DNA of 64,000 nt. Origin: Bacteroidales bacterium. Lineage in GTDB: Bacteria > Bacteroidota > Bacteroidia > Bacteroidales > VadinHA17. This document shows, piece after piece, positions 37,765 to 46,514 of the stretch. Numbering within the stretch: position 1 is the stretch's first letter; every line of letters starts with the position of its first letter. The stretch lies in assembly GCA_038247205.1 (NCBI GenBank), contig JBBRVC010000001.1:1060-65059 (forward strand), read 5' to 3'. The position numbers and the translations under genes were made by a program. The notes under the pieces are model-generated. The model was not told where the DNA came from. It saw nothing but the letters and a program-made list of their open reading frames with translations, and did no database searches.

Positions 37765-38637
37765 ATGAAATTAAGGGCATTCAAGTTATTATTTCTATTA
37801 TTGGTTGGGTCCATGAACTTTACGGTTCTCTCAGGACAGGAGAAGATCAGCCCGTATATTCAGATAAAGTATATTAAAAATACAGGCAATGAGCGCTTTT
37901 TGCAAACGGCTCTGACCTATTCCAAAAACAGAATGGAACTGCCTGTCCCGGGAATGGAAATTAAATTTTTCGCCGGATCAGATAAACAAACCCTTCAATC
38001 TGCTGTTACAGACGAGAAAGGTATTGCTGAGATAAAACTGGGTGATGAAATGGTAATTCCTGCCGGAATCGACGGCTCATTGTTTTTCTATTGCGAATAT
38101 GCCGGTAAAGATACTATTGAATCTGGTTCATCAGAAATATCTGTTGCCGATGTTAAGCTTGAAATGACTCTTGCAGTTGTTGATACAATAAAGACAATAT
38201 CTGTAAAAGCAATGAAGATTGCTAACGGATCGGAATCTCCTGCTGCAGGAGAACTTATCACTGTATATGTACCCAGGATGTTCAGTATGTTGTCGCTGGG
38301 AGAAATAACTCTTGACGACACAGGTTCAGGAACTCTTGAATTTCCTGCTGACCTTCCAGGTAATAAGGAAGGAAACGTCTCAATAATCGCAAAGTATGGT
38401 GATGGTTCAACATATGATATTGAAAAAACTGAAACAATTAACTGGGGTTTGCCTTCGGAATACTCGGTTCCTACAACACACCGGGCACTCTGGACCAAAG
38501 GTGCACCAAAATGGATGATCTATACACTGTCTATACTTTTAACAGGAGTGTGGGCGCACTATCTTTTTGCAATAATCAGCCTTATCAGGATTAAAATTGC
38601 GGCACGTAAAGAGGCTGAGGGAGAATATAAGTCCTGA
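37765..38637 (+). CDS. Hypothetical periplasm-facing protein with a C-terminal TM anchor
   Basis: Signal peptide, two beta-sandwich-like repeats, and THRALWTKGAPKWMIYTLSILLTGVWAHYLFAIISL followed by a charged tail. Confidence 0.5.
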   Translation: MKLRAFKLLFLLLVGSMNFTVLSGQEKISPYIQIKYIKNTGNERFLQTALTYSKNRMELPVPGMEIKFFAGSDKQTLQSAVTDEKGIAEIKLGDEMVIPAGIDGSLFFYCEYAGKDTIESGSSEISVADVKLEMTLAVVDTIKTISVKAMKIANGSESPAAGELITVYVPRMFSMLSLGEITLDDTGSGTLEFPADLPGNKEGNVSIIAKYGDGSTYDIEKTETINWGLPSEYSVPTTHRALWTKGAPKWMIYTLSILLTGVWAHYLFAIISLIRIKIAARKEAEGEYKS

Positions 38638-38684
38638 GACACGTAGTTTAGCACGATAATTGTATGTTTAGTAGTAATTAAAAA

Positions 38685-39095
38685 ATGACGATTATGAGAA
38701 AATTAAAGCTCTTTCTTGCATGCTCAGCAATATTTACATTGAGCACGGCATTGGTGGCCCAGACTCCTGCAAAACCGTGGGTGGTTCCGGATAATTTTAA
38801 AAATATGAAAAACGCCGTTGCTAAAAGTGAAGCCAGTAACAAAGCCGGTCTGGCTTTGTATACTAAGAATTGTGCATCATGCCATGGCAAAGCCGGTCTG
38901 GGTGATGGCGTTAAAGCCAGGGCACTCAAAACATTTCCTGGTGACTTTTCAGTAGCAGCTTATCAGGATCAGACTGATGGCGAACATTTCTACAAAACCA
39001 AATTCGGAAGAGGCGAAATGCCTAAGTACGAAGGTAAAATGTCGGATAATGACATCTGGAATACCGTAAACTACATGAGAACTTTTAAAAAGTAA
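38685..39095 (+). CDS. Class I monoheme c-type cytochrome
   Basis: Signal peptide, CASCHG heme site, and a distal Met region GRGEMPKY. Confidence 0.85.
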   Translation: MTIMRKLKLFLACSAIFTLSTALVAQTPAKPWVVPDNFKNMKNAVAKSEASNKAGLALYTKNCASCHGKAGLGDGVKARALKTFPGDFSVAAYQDQTDGEHFYKTKFGRGEMPKYEGKMSDNDIWNTVNYMRTFKK

Positions 39096-39312
39096 GGTTT
39101 AAATAATTTCTAAATAAAAGTTGGCTCAAAACTGAGTCAGCTTTTTTTATAGACCTCCATGCAGATTCCTCACAGCGCTCGGAATCTTTGTCATTAACAT
39201 CGGAATGTAAAAAAACATGTATCCTCTTTATCTGCCGACCTAATCTCATTTCCCAGGGTCTTCTTATATGCCAAGCTTCAATAAATAACCATTGTGGGAG
39301 GGATAAAAAATT

Positions 39313-39342
39313 AAAAAGGCCACCCTTCAGGGTGGCCTTTTT
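39313..39342. terminator. Bidirectional rho-independent terminator
   Basis: aaaaaggccaccc-ttca-gggtggccttttt is a perfect GC-rich stem flanked by A and T runs. It lies between convergent genes. Confidence 0.85.
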
Positions 39343-39365
39343 AATTCAATTTTAATATTGTAAGC

Positions 39366-40532
39366 TTACCAGGCAGCAAGCGTGTTATCAAGAAGTTTAG
39401 TGATGTAAGGTAAGTTATGAATGCCCTTACCTGCACCACGGGCAACCATCTGGAAGTTTACTATTGCGCCAAACTGTGCATTTGTTAAAGCCGGTAGTGC
39501 TAAGTTACCAAGGGTAGGATTTTTCCAGTATCCTGTTGTGTTAGAATTCGCATCATAAATATCAAAGTAACCATGATATTGATTATCAACCGGATCTTTC
39601 TGAAGAATATCATGTCCGGCTCCGATTGCATTGATCTTTGCAGCAAGTTGACCAAGTTTTGTAGAAACAGCACTGACTGCACTGGTGTAAGTTGCATTTG
39701 TTGCACTCATTGTTGTGTGGCAACCTGAAACATTGCAACCATTGAAATTGCCGGCTGCGCTGAATGAATGTCCACCTGCAAATCCTGTCGGAGTTGCCAT
39801 GTGGCATGAAGAGCATGATGCAGTAGCTACGTGAGCAGAGTTTGTATATCCTGTACCGAATTCAACTGCACCCATGCCGGCTGCCATAGCGCCCTGAGTA
39901 CCATAATGTACACCGGTTCTGTAACCAATGTTTGACAAATTGTATGTTGCTGTTGGCGCTGATACGAGCGTTGCGTAATTTATTACATTACCACTGGCAG
40001 CTGTAACAGGTCTGGGCTGGTGACATTTTGTGCAAAGATTTCCGTTTGATTTTGCAAAATTAATTGTTTTCGTACCACCGTACATCGTCATAGGAACTGC
40101 TGCAGTTGTAGTAAGTGGGAAAAAGTCTTCAGTTGTATAAGTTGTATGCAGCGAACTGTGACAGGTAAAGCAACTTATCGGTCCCGGTAGAGCAAGTTCT
40201 GAAGCCGATACAAGATAATTGTTGGCAAATTTGGCTGGATCAGCTGCAGTTGGGGTGAATGTAACAGGTGTGTTTTTGCTTACTACATCAAGGAAACCCT
40301 GATGTGAATGACAAGGTGCACATGAATTTCTTGTTCCTTCTTCGAAAGCCTCACCTTCGAAATGGGATGAATGTTCGTACTGAATAGCAACCTTATCAAC
40401 AACGGTACTGTTATGACATTCTTTGCAGGTTTCGTTTGCGTCTTTCCCGGCTAACCCCATTGGACCCTCGCAGGAGCTGAGAATCAGAGCGGTTGCCACG
40501 GAAAATGTAAATAGTTTGATCAGGTGTTTCAT
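39366..40532 (-). CDS. Hexaheme c-type cytochrome lipoprotein
   Basis: Start moved to MKHLIKLFTFSVATALILSSC (lipobox). Five CxxCH motifs (CKECH, CAPCH, CFTCH, CTKCH, CSSCH) plus one CNVSGCH (Cx4CH). Confidence 0.85.
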   Translation of the reverse strand: MKHLIKLFTFSVATALILSSCEGPMGLAGKDANETCKECHNSTVVDKVAIQYEHSSHFEGEAFEEGTRNSCAPCHSHQGFLDVVSKNTPVTFTPTAADPAKFANNYLVSASELALPGPISCFTCHSSLHTTYTTEDFFPLTTTAAVPMTMYGGTKTINFAKSNGNLCTKCHQPRPVTAASGNVINYATLVSAPTATYNLSNIGYRTGVHYGTQGAMAAGMGAVEFGTGYTNSAHVATASCSSCHMATPTGFAGGHSFSAAGNFNGCNVSGCHTTMSATNATYTSAVSAVSTKLGQLAAKINAIGAGHDILQKDPVDNQYHGYFDIYDANSNTTGYWKNPTLGNLALPALTNAQFGAIVNFQMVARGAGKGIHNLPYITKLLDNTLAAW

Positions 40533-40627
40533 ATTATGTTTTTTTAGGTTTATTTCTTGGGGCAAGCTACAAAAATTATTGTTAAAAAATTCACAGCTCC
40601 TATGTTATTTACAACAATAAATATTGA

Positions 40628-40659
40628 TTGATATACCAAAGGTAGGTGATTTATATCAA
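40628..40659. promoter_or_regulatory. Inverted repeat TTGATATA-N16-TATATCAA in the divergent cytochrome/crp promoter region
   Basis: 8-bp perfect arms at 40628-40635 and 40652-40659. Confidence 0.3.
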
Positions 40660-40678
40660 TTATGATAGTGATTTTTAT

Positions 40679-40686
40679 TAGTTTTG
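40679..40686 (+). promoter_or_regulatory. -7 promoter element (TAGTTTTG) upstream of the Crp/Fnr gene
   Basis: Matches TAnnTTTG about 50 nt before the ATG at 40735. Confidence 0.4.
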
Positions 40687-40734
40687 TGCCACCTCTTTAT
40701 TTTAATATTACTTTAACCGCCTTAAAAAAATTAA

Positions 40735-41430
40735 ATGCCGGATTTAAACACAATTGATAACTGCGATAATTGCGCCATGAGATGGAAAAGTTTCATTCAC
40801 CTCACTAAGAATGAAATGCAGCTGATTAACGAAAACAGATATGAAGCAACATTCAAACCGGGTGAAATAATGATGAAACAGGGTTCGCCCACGTCAAATG
40901 CCCTGTTTCTGGCCTCTGGAATGGCTAAAACATATATTGAAGGATTACTGGGAAAAAACCTGATCATAGGTATAGCACTGCCCGGCCAGCTTATTGTCGG
41001 TCCCGGAGCCTACGTTAATTCGCGCCATACGTATACTGTCGCTGCAATAACCCAGCTAAAAGCATGTTTTATCAGTTTTGATGTATTTAAACAACTTGTG
41101 AGGTCGAATGGCGCCTTTGCCGAAAGCCTTCTGGAGGATACAAGCGAAAAAGCCCTTAAATCCTATTCAAAAATGGTAAACCTGACTCAAAAGAAAATGA
41201 GTGGAAGAGTGGCAGAAACTTTATTATATTTTTCAGACGACATTTTCAAAACAGATGAGTATGAAATGATACTTTCGCGTCAGGAACTTGGAGAAATGGC
41301 TGGTATGGCTAAAGAATCGGTGGTTAGAATTTTAAGGGACCTGGAGGACTCCGGTGTTATTAGGTCCGATGCAGCAAGTATAAAAATTCTGGATAAGGAT
41401 AAACTTCGCAGAATATCAGAAAAAGGTTAA
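40735..41430 (+). CDS. Crp/Fnr-family transcriptional regulator
   Basis: 231 aa with a cNMP-binding-like beta-roll and a C-terminal HTH (RQELGEMAGMAKESVVRILRDLE). N-terminal CDNC pair. Confidence 0.88.
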   Translation: MPDLNTIDNCDNCAMRWKSFIHLTKNEMQLINENRYEATFKPGEIMMKQGSPTSNALFLASGMAKTYIEGLLGKNLIIGIALPGQLIVGPGAYVNSRHTYTVAAITQLKACFISFDVFKQLVRSNGAFAESLLEDTSEKALKSYSKMVNLTQKKMSGRVAETLLYFSDDIFKTDEYEMILSRQELGEMAGMAKESVVRILRDLEDSGVIRSDAASIKILDKDKLRRISEKG

Positions 41431-41468
41431 TAAATATATTTAATTAATAAGTCTAACTGTTTAATATT

Positions 41469-44400
41469 ATGAAGATTACAAAATTTCTATTTTCTTCTTT
41501 CTTTATGGGGATATTATTTTCCGTTTTTGCTGTGGCAATGGCAGTGGCCACTTTCGTAGAGAATGATTATGGTTCTGCAAATGCTTACAGTTTGGTATAT
41601 AATACGTGGTGGTTTGAGTTAATCTTATTGCTCCTTGCCGTTAACCTCGTAGGACAGATGTTCATTTTCAAATTATTTAAGAAGGAAAAGCTGCCAGTGT
41701 TATTATTTCATCTATCTTTTGTTGTAATGATAATCGGAGCAGGAATTACCAGGTATTTCGGTTGGGAAGGATCAATCCACATTCGTGAAGGCGAAGAACA
41801 GAATATAAGTTACTCAACTGATAAATATATTGGCTATTCTGTTAAAGATGCCTCAGGAAATTTTCTTGCTACTGATAGTGAGAAATATACAATGACAGGT
41901 GGTTCTGCCGAAAATTTTAAAAAGAAGATTAGTACCGGTACGAATGAATATGAGCTTATTCTCGCAAGAATAATCCCAAATGCATTGGAAACAATTTCCG
42001 AATCTCCCACAGGAGAGCCAATATTATCCTTTATGGTAACACGCGATATGATGGTCAAGGAAACTGTCGTTCTGAAAAAAGGCGAGAACAAATCAGCAAT
42101 GGGAATCTCTTTCGGATTCGAATCTCCGCAGACAACTGATGTAAAGATCAGAATCGATTCTTCCGCATTCTTTATTACTTCCGATAAGGATCTGAGCGAA
42201 ATAAGTATGATGACAGGAGGTTCCAAAGCATTCGAAACAGGAAGCAGCATCAGACTCAGATCAATGCAGGTCATAACATTAAACGATATTAAGATAGTTC
42301 CCCAGCAGATGACACTAAGCGGGGCTTTTAAAGCAGTTTCTGTTAATGCTGCTGAACAGAATACAGGTCAGAATGCTTTTGTATTCCATGTTTTCAGGGG
42401 GAATGAGTCAGGAACAATAACTCTCTGGGATAAGAATTCAGAAAGATCATCGGCAGGAACATGCCAGGTTGATGATAAAACCTTTGAAGTAACCTACGGT
42501 TCAAAGCTGACTACACTGCCATTTACAATTAAGCTTAATGATTTTGTGCTTGAAAGATATCCCGGATCAAGCAGTCCATCAGGCTATAAGAGTGATGTTG
42601 TACTTTATGATAAAACCGCAAATGTTGAAAAACCGTTCATGATTTTTATGAACAACATCCTCAAATATAAAGGCTATCGATTCTATCAATCGTCATATGA
42701 TACGGATGAAAAAGGAACGGTGCTCTCAGTTAACCACGATCAGGCAGGAATGCTGGTTACTTATACCGGTTATGGAATTATGATTCTCTTTATAATTCTT
42801 TCTCTTATAATCAAAAACACTGCTTTCAAAAAAATCACTGCCGGGTACTGGTCTTCCAACCTGCGTAAGACAACTTTATTGCTGACTCTGATGCTGTTTA
42901 TTTCAGGTTTCAATTATGCGAATGCTCAAAAATTAATACCAGAAAAACTCTCTTCGGAAGAGTTTGGAAAAGTACTGGTTCAGGATCAGAAGGGCCGCAC
43001 CAAGCCACTATTTACACTATCAAATGACATTCTCCGGAAATTGACTAGAGAAAATGAACTGGATGGAATGACATCCATGCAGGTTTTTTTGGGAGTTTAT
43101 CTTGATTTCAATAACTGGAAGGAGTTTCCGATGATACGGGTATCAAACGGGGACCTGCAGAAAGAACTCGGAATCCGCGGAACAATGGCTGCTTTTTCCG
43201 ATCTGGTTGATCTGGAGGGTACGGGTAACTATAAGCTTGCAGAACGGGTCAGCGCGGCTTATGCAAAAGCTCCGGCCGAAAGGGATAAGATGGATAAAGA
43301 GATAATGAAAGTTGACGAAAGAGTAAATATTTTATACATGATATACAAGGGTGATTTCCTGAAGCTCTTTCCTTTAAAAGATGAATCTCATACCTGGGGA
43401 TCAGCTGAGGAAGCACTTAAAAATGCAATAAGTAAAGAAGATTCTCTCTACCTGAGCAGCATTATGTCGCTGTTCTCCGAAGCTGCTCAATCGGGAAATC
43501 CTGCACAGGCCAGACAGATCTCCGGACTGGTGAGTGAATATCAGAAAAGATTTACTGAGTATGTTCTTCCTTCAAAAACAAAAACAGCGGCTGAATTGCT
43601 CTACTACAAGCTCAAGATCTTTGAGCGTCTTTTCCCCTTCTATGCAACTGTGGGTTTTATAATGCTTATTAGCCTGATTGTTATGATCATAAAAGGCAGG
43701 AAAGGCTCTTCAATATTTATTAAAGTACTTAGCTGGCTGTTATTTGCGGGATTGCTTTCACATACAATCGGATTAGGTCTGAGGTGGTACATTGCTGGTC
43801 ATTCTCCTATGAGCAATGGCTACGAATCAATGTTATTTATTTCATGGGTTACACTTATTGCCGGGTTTATCTTCAGTCGTAAATCTGCTCTTGCGCTTTC
43901 AGCAACTGCAGTTCTGGCTTCAATGACACTTATGGTGGCACACCTGAGCTTTATGGATCCTGAAATTACAAACCTCGTACCTGTTCTTAAATCCTATTGG
44001 CTTACCCTGCATGTATCAGTGATTACCGGCAGTTACGGATTCCTTGGACTGGGAGCAATCCTAAGCCTTATAACAATGATCTTGATTTCCTTGTCAAATG
44101 GTAAAAACCAGGAGAGAATTTCGGCCACTGTTGATGAGTTGACAGTAATTAATTTTAAAACACTTACTCTGGGATTGTATTTTCTTACAATCGGAACATT
44201 TCTTGGAGCAGTGTGGGCAAATGAGTCATGGGGCAGGTACTGGGGATGGGATCCGAAAGAAACATGGTCTTTGATTACAATTGTAATTTATAGTCTGGTA
44301 CTGCATTCCCGTCAGATTCCGGGTATGAAAGACATCTATACATTCAACCTTTTATCAATGTTCGCTTTTTCATCAGTACTTATGACCTATTTTGGTGTAA

Positions 44401-44543
44401 ACTACTATTTGTCAGGGCTTCATTCATATGCGGGCGGCGATTCGGTACCGGTTCCTGCATTTGTGTATATTACGGTAATACTTCTGGCCGGATTATCACT
44501 TGTGGCATACCTGAAATATGCCCGGCCATTGAAAAAATATTAA
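41469..44543 (+). CDS. ccsBA: System II cytochrome c biogenesis protein, fused ResB/CcsB-CcsA
   Basis: 1024 aa with an N-terminal ResB-like region and large periplasmic domain. The C-terminal CcsA part carries the WWD motif WGRYWGWDPKETW and conserved His residues. Confidence 0.9.
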   Translation: MKITKFLFSSFFMGILFSVFAVAMAVATFVENDYGSANAYSLVYNTWWFELILLLLAVNLVGQMFIFKLFKKEKLPVLLFHLSFVVMIIGAGITRYFGWEGSIHIREGEEQNISYSTDKYIGYSVKDASGNFLATDSEKYTMTGGSAENFKKKISTGTNEYELILARIIPNALETISESPTGEPILSFMVTRDMMVKETVVLKKGENKSAMGISFGFESPQTTDVKIRIDSSAFFITSDKDLSEISMMTGGSKAFETGSSIRLRSMQVITLNDIKIVPQQMTLSGAFKAVSVNAAEQNTGQNAFVFHVFRGNESGTITLWDKNSERSSAGTCQVDDKTFEVTYGSKLTTLPFTIKLNDFVLERYPGSSSPSGYKSDVVLYDKTANVEKPFMIFMNNILKYKGYRFYQSSYDTDEKGTVLSVNHDQAGMLVTYTGYGIMILFIILSLIIKNTAFKKITAGYWSSNLRKTTLLLTLMLFISGFNYANAQKLIPEKLSSEEFGKVLVQDQKGRTKPLFTLSNDILRKLTRENELDGMTSMQVFLGVYLDFNNWKEFPMIRVSNGDLQKELGIRGTMAAFSDLVDLEGTGNYKLAERVSAAYAKAPAERDKMDKEIMKVDERVNILYMIYKGDFLKLFPLKDESHTWGSAEEALKNAISKEDSLYLSSIMSLFSEAAQSGNPAQARQISGLVSEYQKRFTEYVLPSKTKTAAELLYYKLKIFERLFPFYATVGFIMLISLIVMIIKGRKGSSIFIKVLSWLLFAGLLSHTIGLGLRWYIAGHSPMSNGYESMLFISWVTLIAGFIFSRKSALALSATAVLASMTLMVAHLSFMDPEITNLVPVLKSYWLTLHVSVITGSYGFLGLGAILSLITMILISLSNGKNQERISATVDELTVINFKTLTLGLYFLTIGTFLGAVWANESWGRYWGWDPKETWSLITIVIYSLVLHSRQIPGMKDIYTFNLLSMFAFSSVLMTYFGVNYYLSGLHSYAGGDSVPVPAFVYITVILLAGLSLVAYLKYARPLKKY

Positions 44544-44579
44544 CTATCGTGAATCAAGCATAAGAGCTCATTGATTTTC

Positions 44580-44693
44580 TTCGTTTACCCCGACCCCATG
44601 GGGAGCGAAGAACCGAGTCCAGCTTGCTGGCGAGTTCGGCGCAGCCAAAATCAATTTACTCCCCTTGGGGCTCCTTGGGGCTGGGGTAAATAA
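44580..44693. repeat. GC-rich nested-palindrome element bounded by a 10-bp direct repeat (MITE-like or structured RNA)
   Basis: attgattttc occurs at 44570-44579 and 44694-44703. Terminal inverted repeats are tttaccccgacccc and ggggctggggtaaa. Internal palindromes include ccccatgggg and ccccttgggg. aaaatcaat at 44647-44655 is complementary to the flanking repeat. Confidence 0.5.
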
Positions 44694-44794
44694 ATTGATT
44701 TTCAAGCGATTTGTGATTTTGTATTCCTCATTCCCGATAGTCAAAAAAAATATATAAGATTCAGATAACCAAAGATAAAGTGTATAAATTAAAA

Positions 44795-44830
44795 AAAGAG
44801 GCTGTCTTAATAAACGACAACCTCTTTTTT
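44795..44830. terminator. Bidirectional rho-independent terminator just 3' of tRNA-His
   Basis: aaagaggctgtc-loop-gacaacctcttt forms 11 of 12 pairs and is flanked by an A-run and a T-run. Confidence 0.7.
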
Positions 44831-44832
44831 AA

Positions 44833-44909
44833 TGGGTGGAAGATGGGGTTCGAACCCACGACCTTCGGAACCACAATCCGACGTTCTAACCAACTGAACT
44901 ACATCCACC
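44833..44909 (-). tRNA. tRNA-His (anticodon GTG)
   Basis: The reverse complement folds as a cloverleaf. It has an extra 5' G(-1), a D-arm TAGTTCAGTTGGTTAGAAC, and an anticodon stem TCGGA/TCCGA with loop TTGTGGT. The T-arm is GTGGG-TTCGAAC-CCCAT. There is one T-T mismatch in the acceptor stem. Confidence 0.9.
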
Positions 44910-44920
44910 GTTTCGGAGTG

Positions 44921-44928
44921 CAAAAATA
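44921..44928 (-). promoter_or_regulatory. -7 promoter element (TATTTTTG on the minus strand) for tRNA-His
   Basis: The TAnnTTTG match ends 12 nt upstream of the tRNA 5' end. Confidence 0.5.
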
Positions 44929-44987
44929 AATCCAAAATTCCGATTCACAAAATTTATTTTTTTCTCTCTTAAATAACGTTCTATTAC

Positions 44988-44995
44988 TATCTTTG
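44988..44995 (+). promoter_or_regulatory. -7 promoter element (TATCTTTG) upstream of the flippase-like gene
   Basis: Matches TAnnTTTG about 50 nt before 45046. Confidence 0.35.
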
Positions 44996-45045
44996 ATCGG
45001 TTCAATAAATGGAACCTGTCCGCATTGCTGGTTTGAGGTTACTTT

Positions 45046-46419
45046 ATGAATTTAGGCTTTTATTCTGTTTTGAGAAAATTAAAACTAATAGACAATATTT
45101 CAGGACTGCAACTATTTCAGTTGATGAAGCCTGTAGTGTTCCTGATTATCAGCATAGTCTTTACTAAAAGCCATCTTACCCGCGCCGAAATCGGCCAATG
45201 GGAGATGTTCATGTTTATTGCCGGTCTTATAACCTTTTACTGGGTCACTGGCATAATCCAATCCCTTCTACCCCTTTATCACAGGAACAATACCTACCGG
45301 AAAATGGGCGAAAACGGCACTTCAAAATCGCCGGAAATATTCAATGCATTTTTATTACTGTGTTTTTTCAGCCTGTTGTTCTTCATTCTGGGACATTCGT
45401 TAAAAGGTAATTTCTCAGTATTTAATATTTCAGGTAATGTTCCGTATATCAATTTGTTACTACTTTACATTCTTCTCAGCAGTCCTGTTTGCCTGATTGA
45501 ATATATCTACCTCCTTAACAACAGGTCTTATCGTATCTTTCAATATGGACTGTATACATTTACAGCTCAGATGATTTTTATTATCGTACCAATAATTCTT
45601 GGAAAAGATATTATCTGGTCAATCTGGGGCTTGCTGGGCATTACAGGAATCAGATGGATCTGGCTTATTATACTTCTGAAACGGTATACTGAAATGAAGA
45701 TTTCGGTGGAATTTATGAAGGAACATCTTTACCTGGGACTGCCACTGATTCTGACATCTCTTATAAGCGGATCGGCCCAATATACTGACGGTGTTATTAT
45801 CTCAGCAGTTTACCGCGACCCGGCGACATTTGCATGGTTCCGTTATGGAGCAAAGGAATTTCCTCTCGTACTGATGCTGGCTAATGGTCTCAGTAGTGCT
45901 ATGTTACCCGAATTTTCGACTCGTGAAAGAATGAAGGAGTCTCTTACAAAAATCAGGGTGAAGTCACAGAGTTTGATGCATATCCTGTTCCCTTCCGCAA
46001 TAGTAATAATGATATTCTCACGATGGATCTATCCACGTATGTTCAACTACGAATTTCAAAAAAGTGCCGATATATTTCTTATTTATTCATTGCTTATCAT
46101 TCCCAGACTGATCTTCCCTCAGACTATCATCGTGGGAAGAAAGAAAACCCATATAGCAATGATTGCCGCACTTCTAGAACTCGCATTGAATATACCTCTT
46201 AGCCTTTTAATGATTAAATGGGGCTATGGTCTTGTAGGGGTTGCTCTTTCAACATTTATCGTCTATTTAGTCGGAAAAATATTGCTTGTGGCTTATCTTT
46301 GGGTGAAGATGAATATTAAGCCGTCTGAATATATTCCTGTAAAGATCTATGCATTTTATTGCGTGCTCATATCAATTGTTTTTATCCTCATAGACCACCG
46401 TATAATTGATGTACGGTAA
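45046..46419 (+). CDS. Polysaccharide/oligosaccharide flippase-family membrane protein (Wzx/MOP-like)
   Basis: 457 aa with about 12-14 TM helices in an MOP-superfamily-like layout. Confidence 0.6.
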   Translation: MNLGFYSVLRKLKLIDNISGLQLFQLMKPVVFLIISIVFTKSHLTRAEIGQWEMFMFIAGLITFYWVTGIIQSLLPLYHRNNTYRKMGENGTSKSPEIFNAFLLLCFFSLLFFILGHSLKGNFSVFNISGNVPYINLLLLYILLSSPVCLIEYIYLLNNRSYRIFQYGLYTFTAQMIFIIVPIILGKDIIWSIWGLLGITGIRWIWLIILLKRYTEMKISVEFMKEHLYLGLPLILTSLISGSAQYTDGVIISAVYRDPATFAWFRYGAKEFPLVLMLANGLSSAMLPEFSTRERMKESLTKIRVKSQSLMHILFPSAIVIMIFSRWIYPRMFNYEFQKSADIFLIYSLLIIPRLIFPQTIIVGRKKTHIAMIAALLELALNIPLSLLMIKWGYGLVGVALSTFIVYLVGKILLVAYLWVKMNIKPSEYIPVKIYAFYCVLISIVFILIDHRIIDVR

Positions 46420-46450
46420 AACGGTTTGGGAAGGAGGTTCAAAAAATCTG

Positions 46451-46458
46451 TATATTTG
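46451..46458 (+). promoter_or_regulatory. -7 promoter element (TATATTTG)
   Basis: Matches TAnnTTTG about 57 nt before 46515. Confidence 0.4.
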
Positions 46459-46514
46459 CTCTGTCACCGACATTTTTTGTCGGGATGTTATTGTGAAATG
46501 TAACCATATTTTAG

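Noticed and set aside
40621-40660. A canonical FNR/CRP box (TTGAT-N4-ATCAA).
   Set aside because: The half-sites are present but the spacing is far larger than the canonical 4 nt. It is kept only as a low-confidence palindrome.
44700-45045. tRNA-His as an integration site for a genomic island.
   Set aside because: No integrase gene is adjacent. I could not find a direct repeat of the tRNA 3' end nearby by eye. The flanking genes (ccsBA and a flippase-like gene) look chromosomal.
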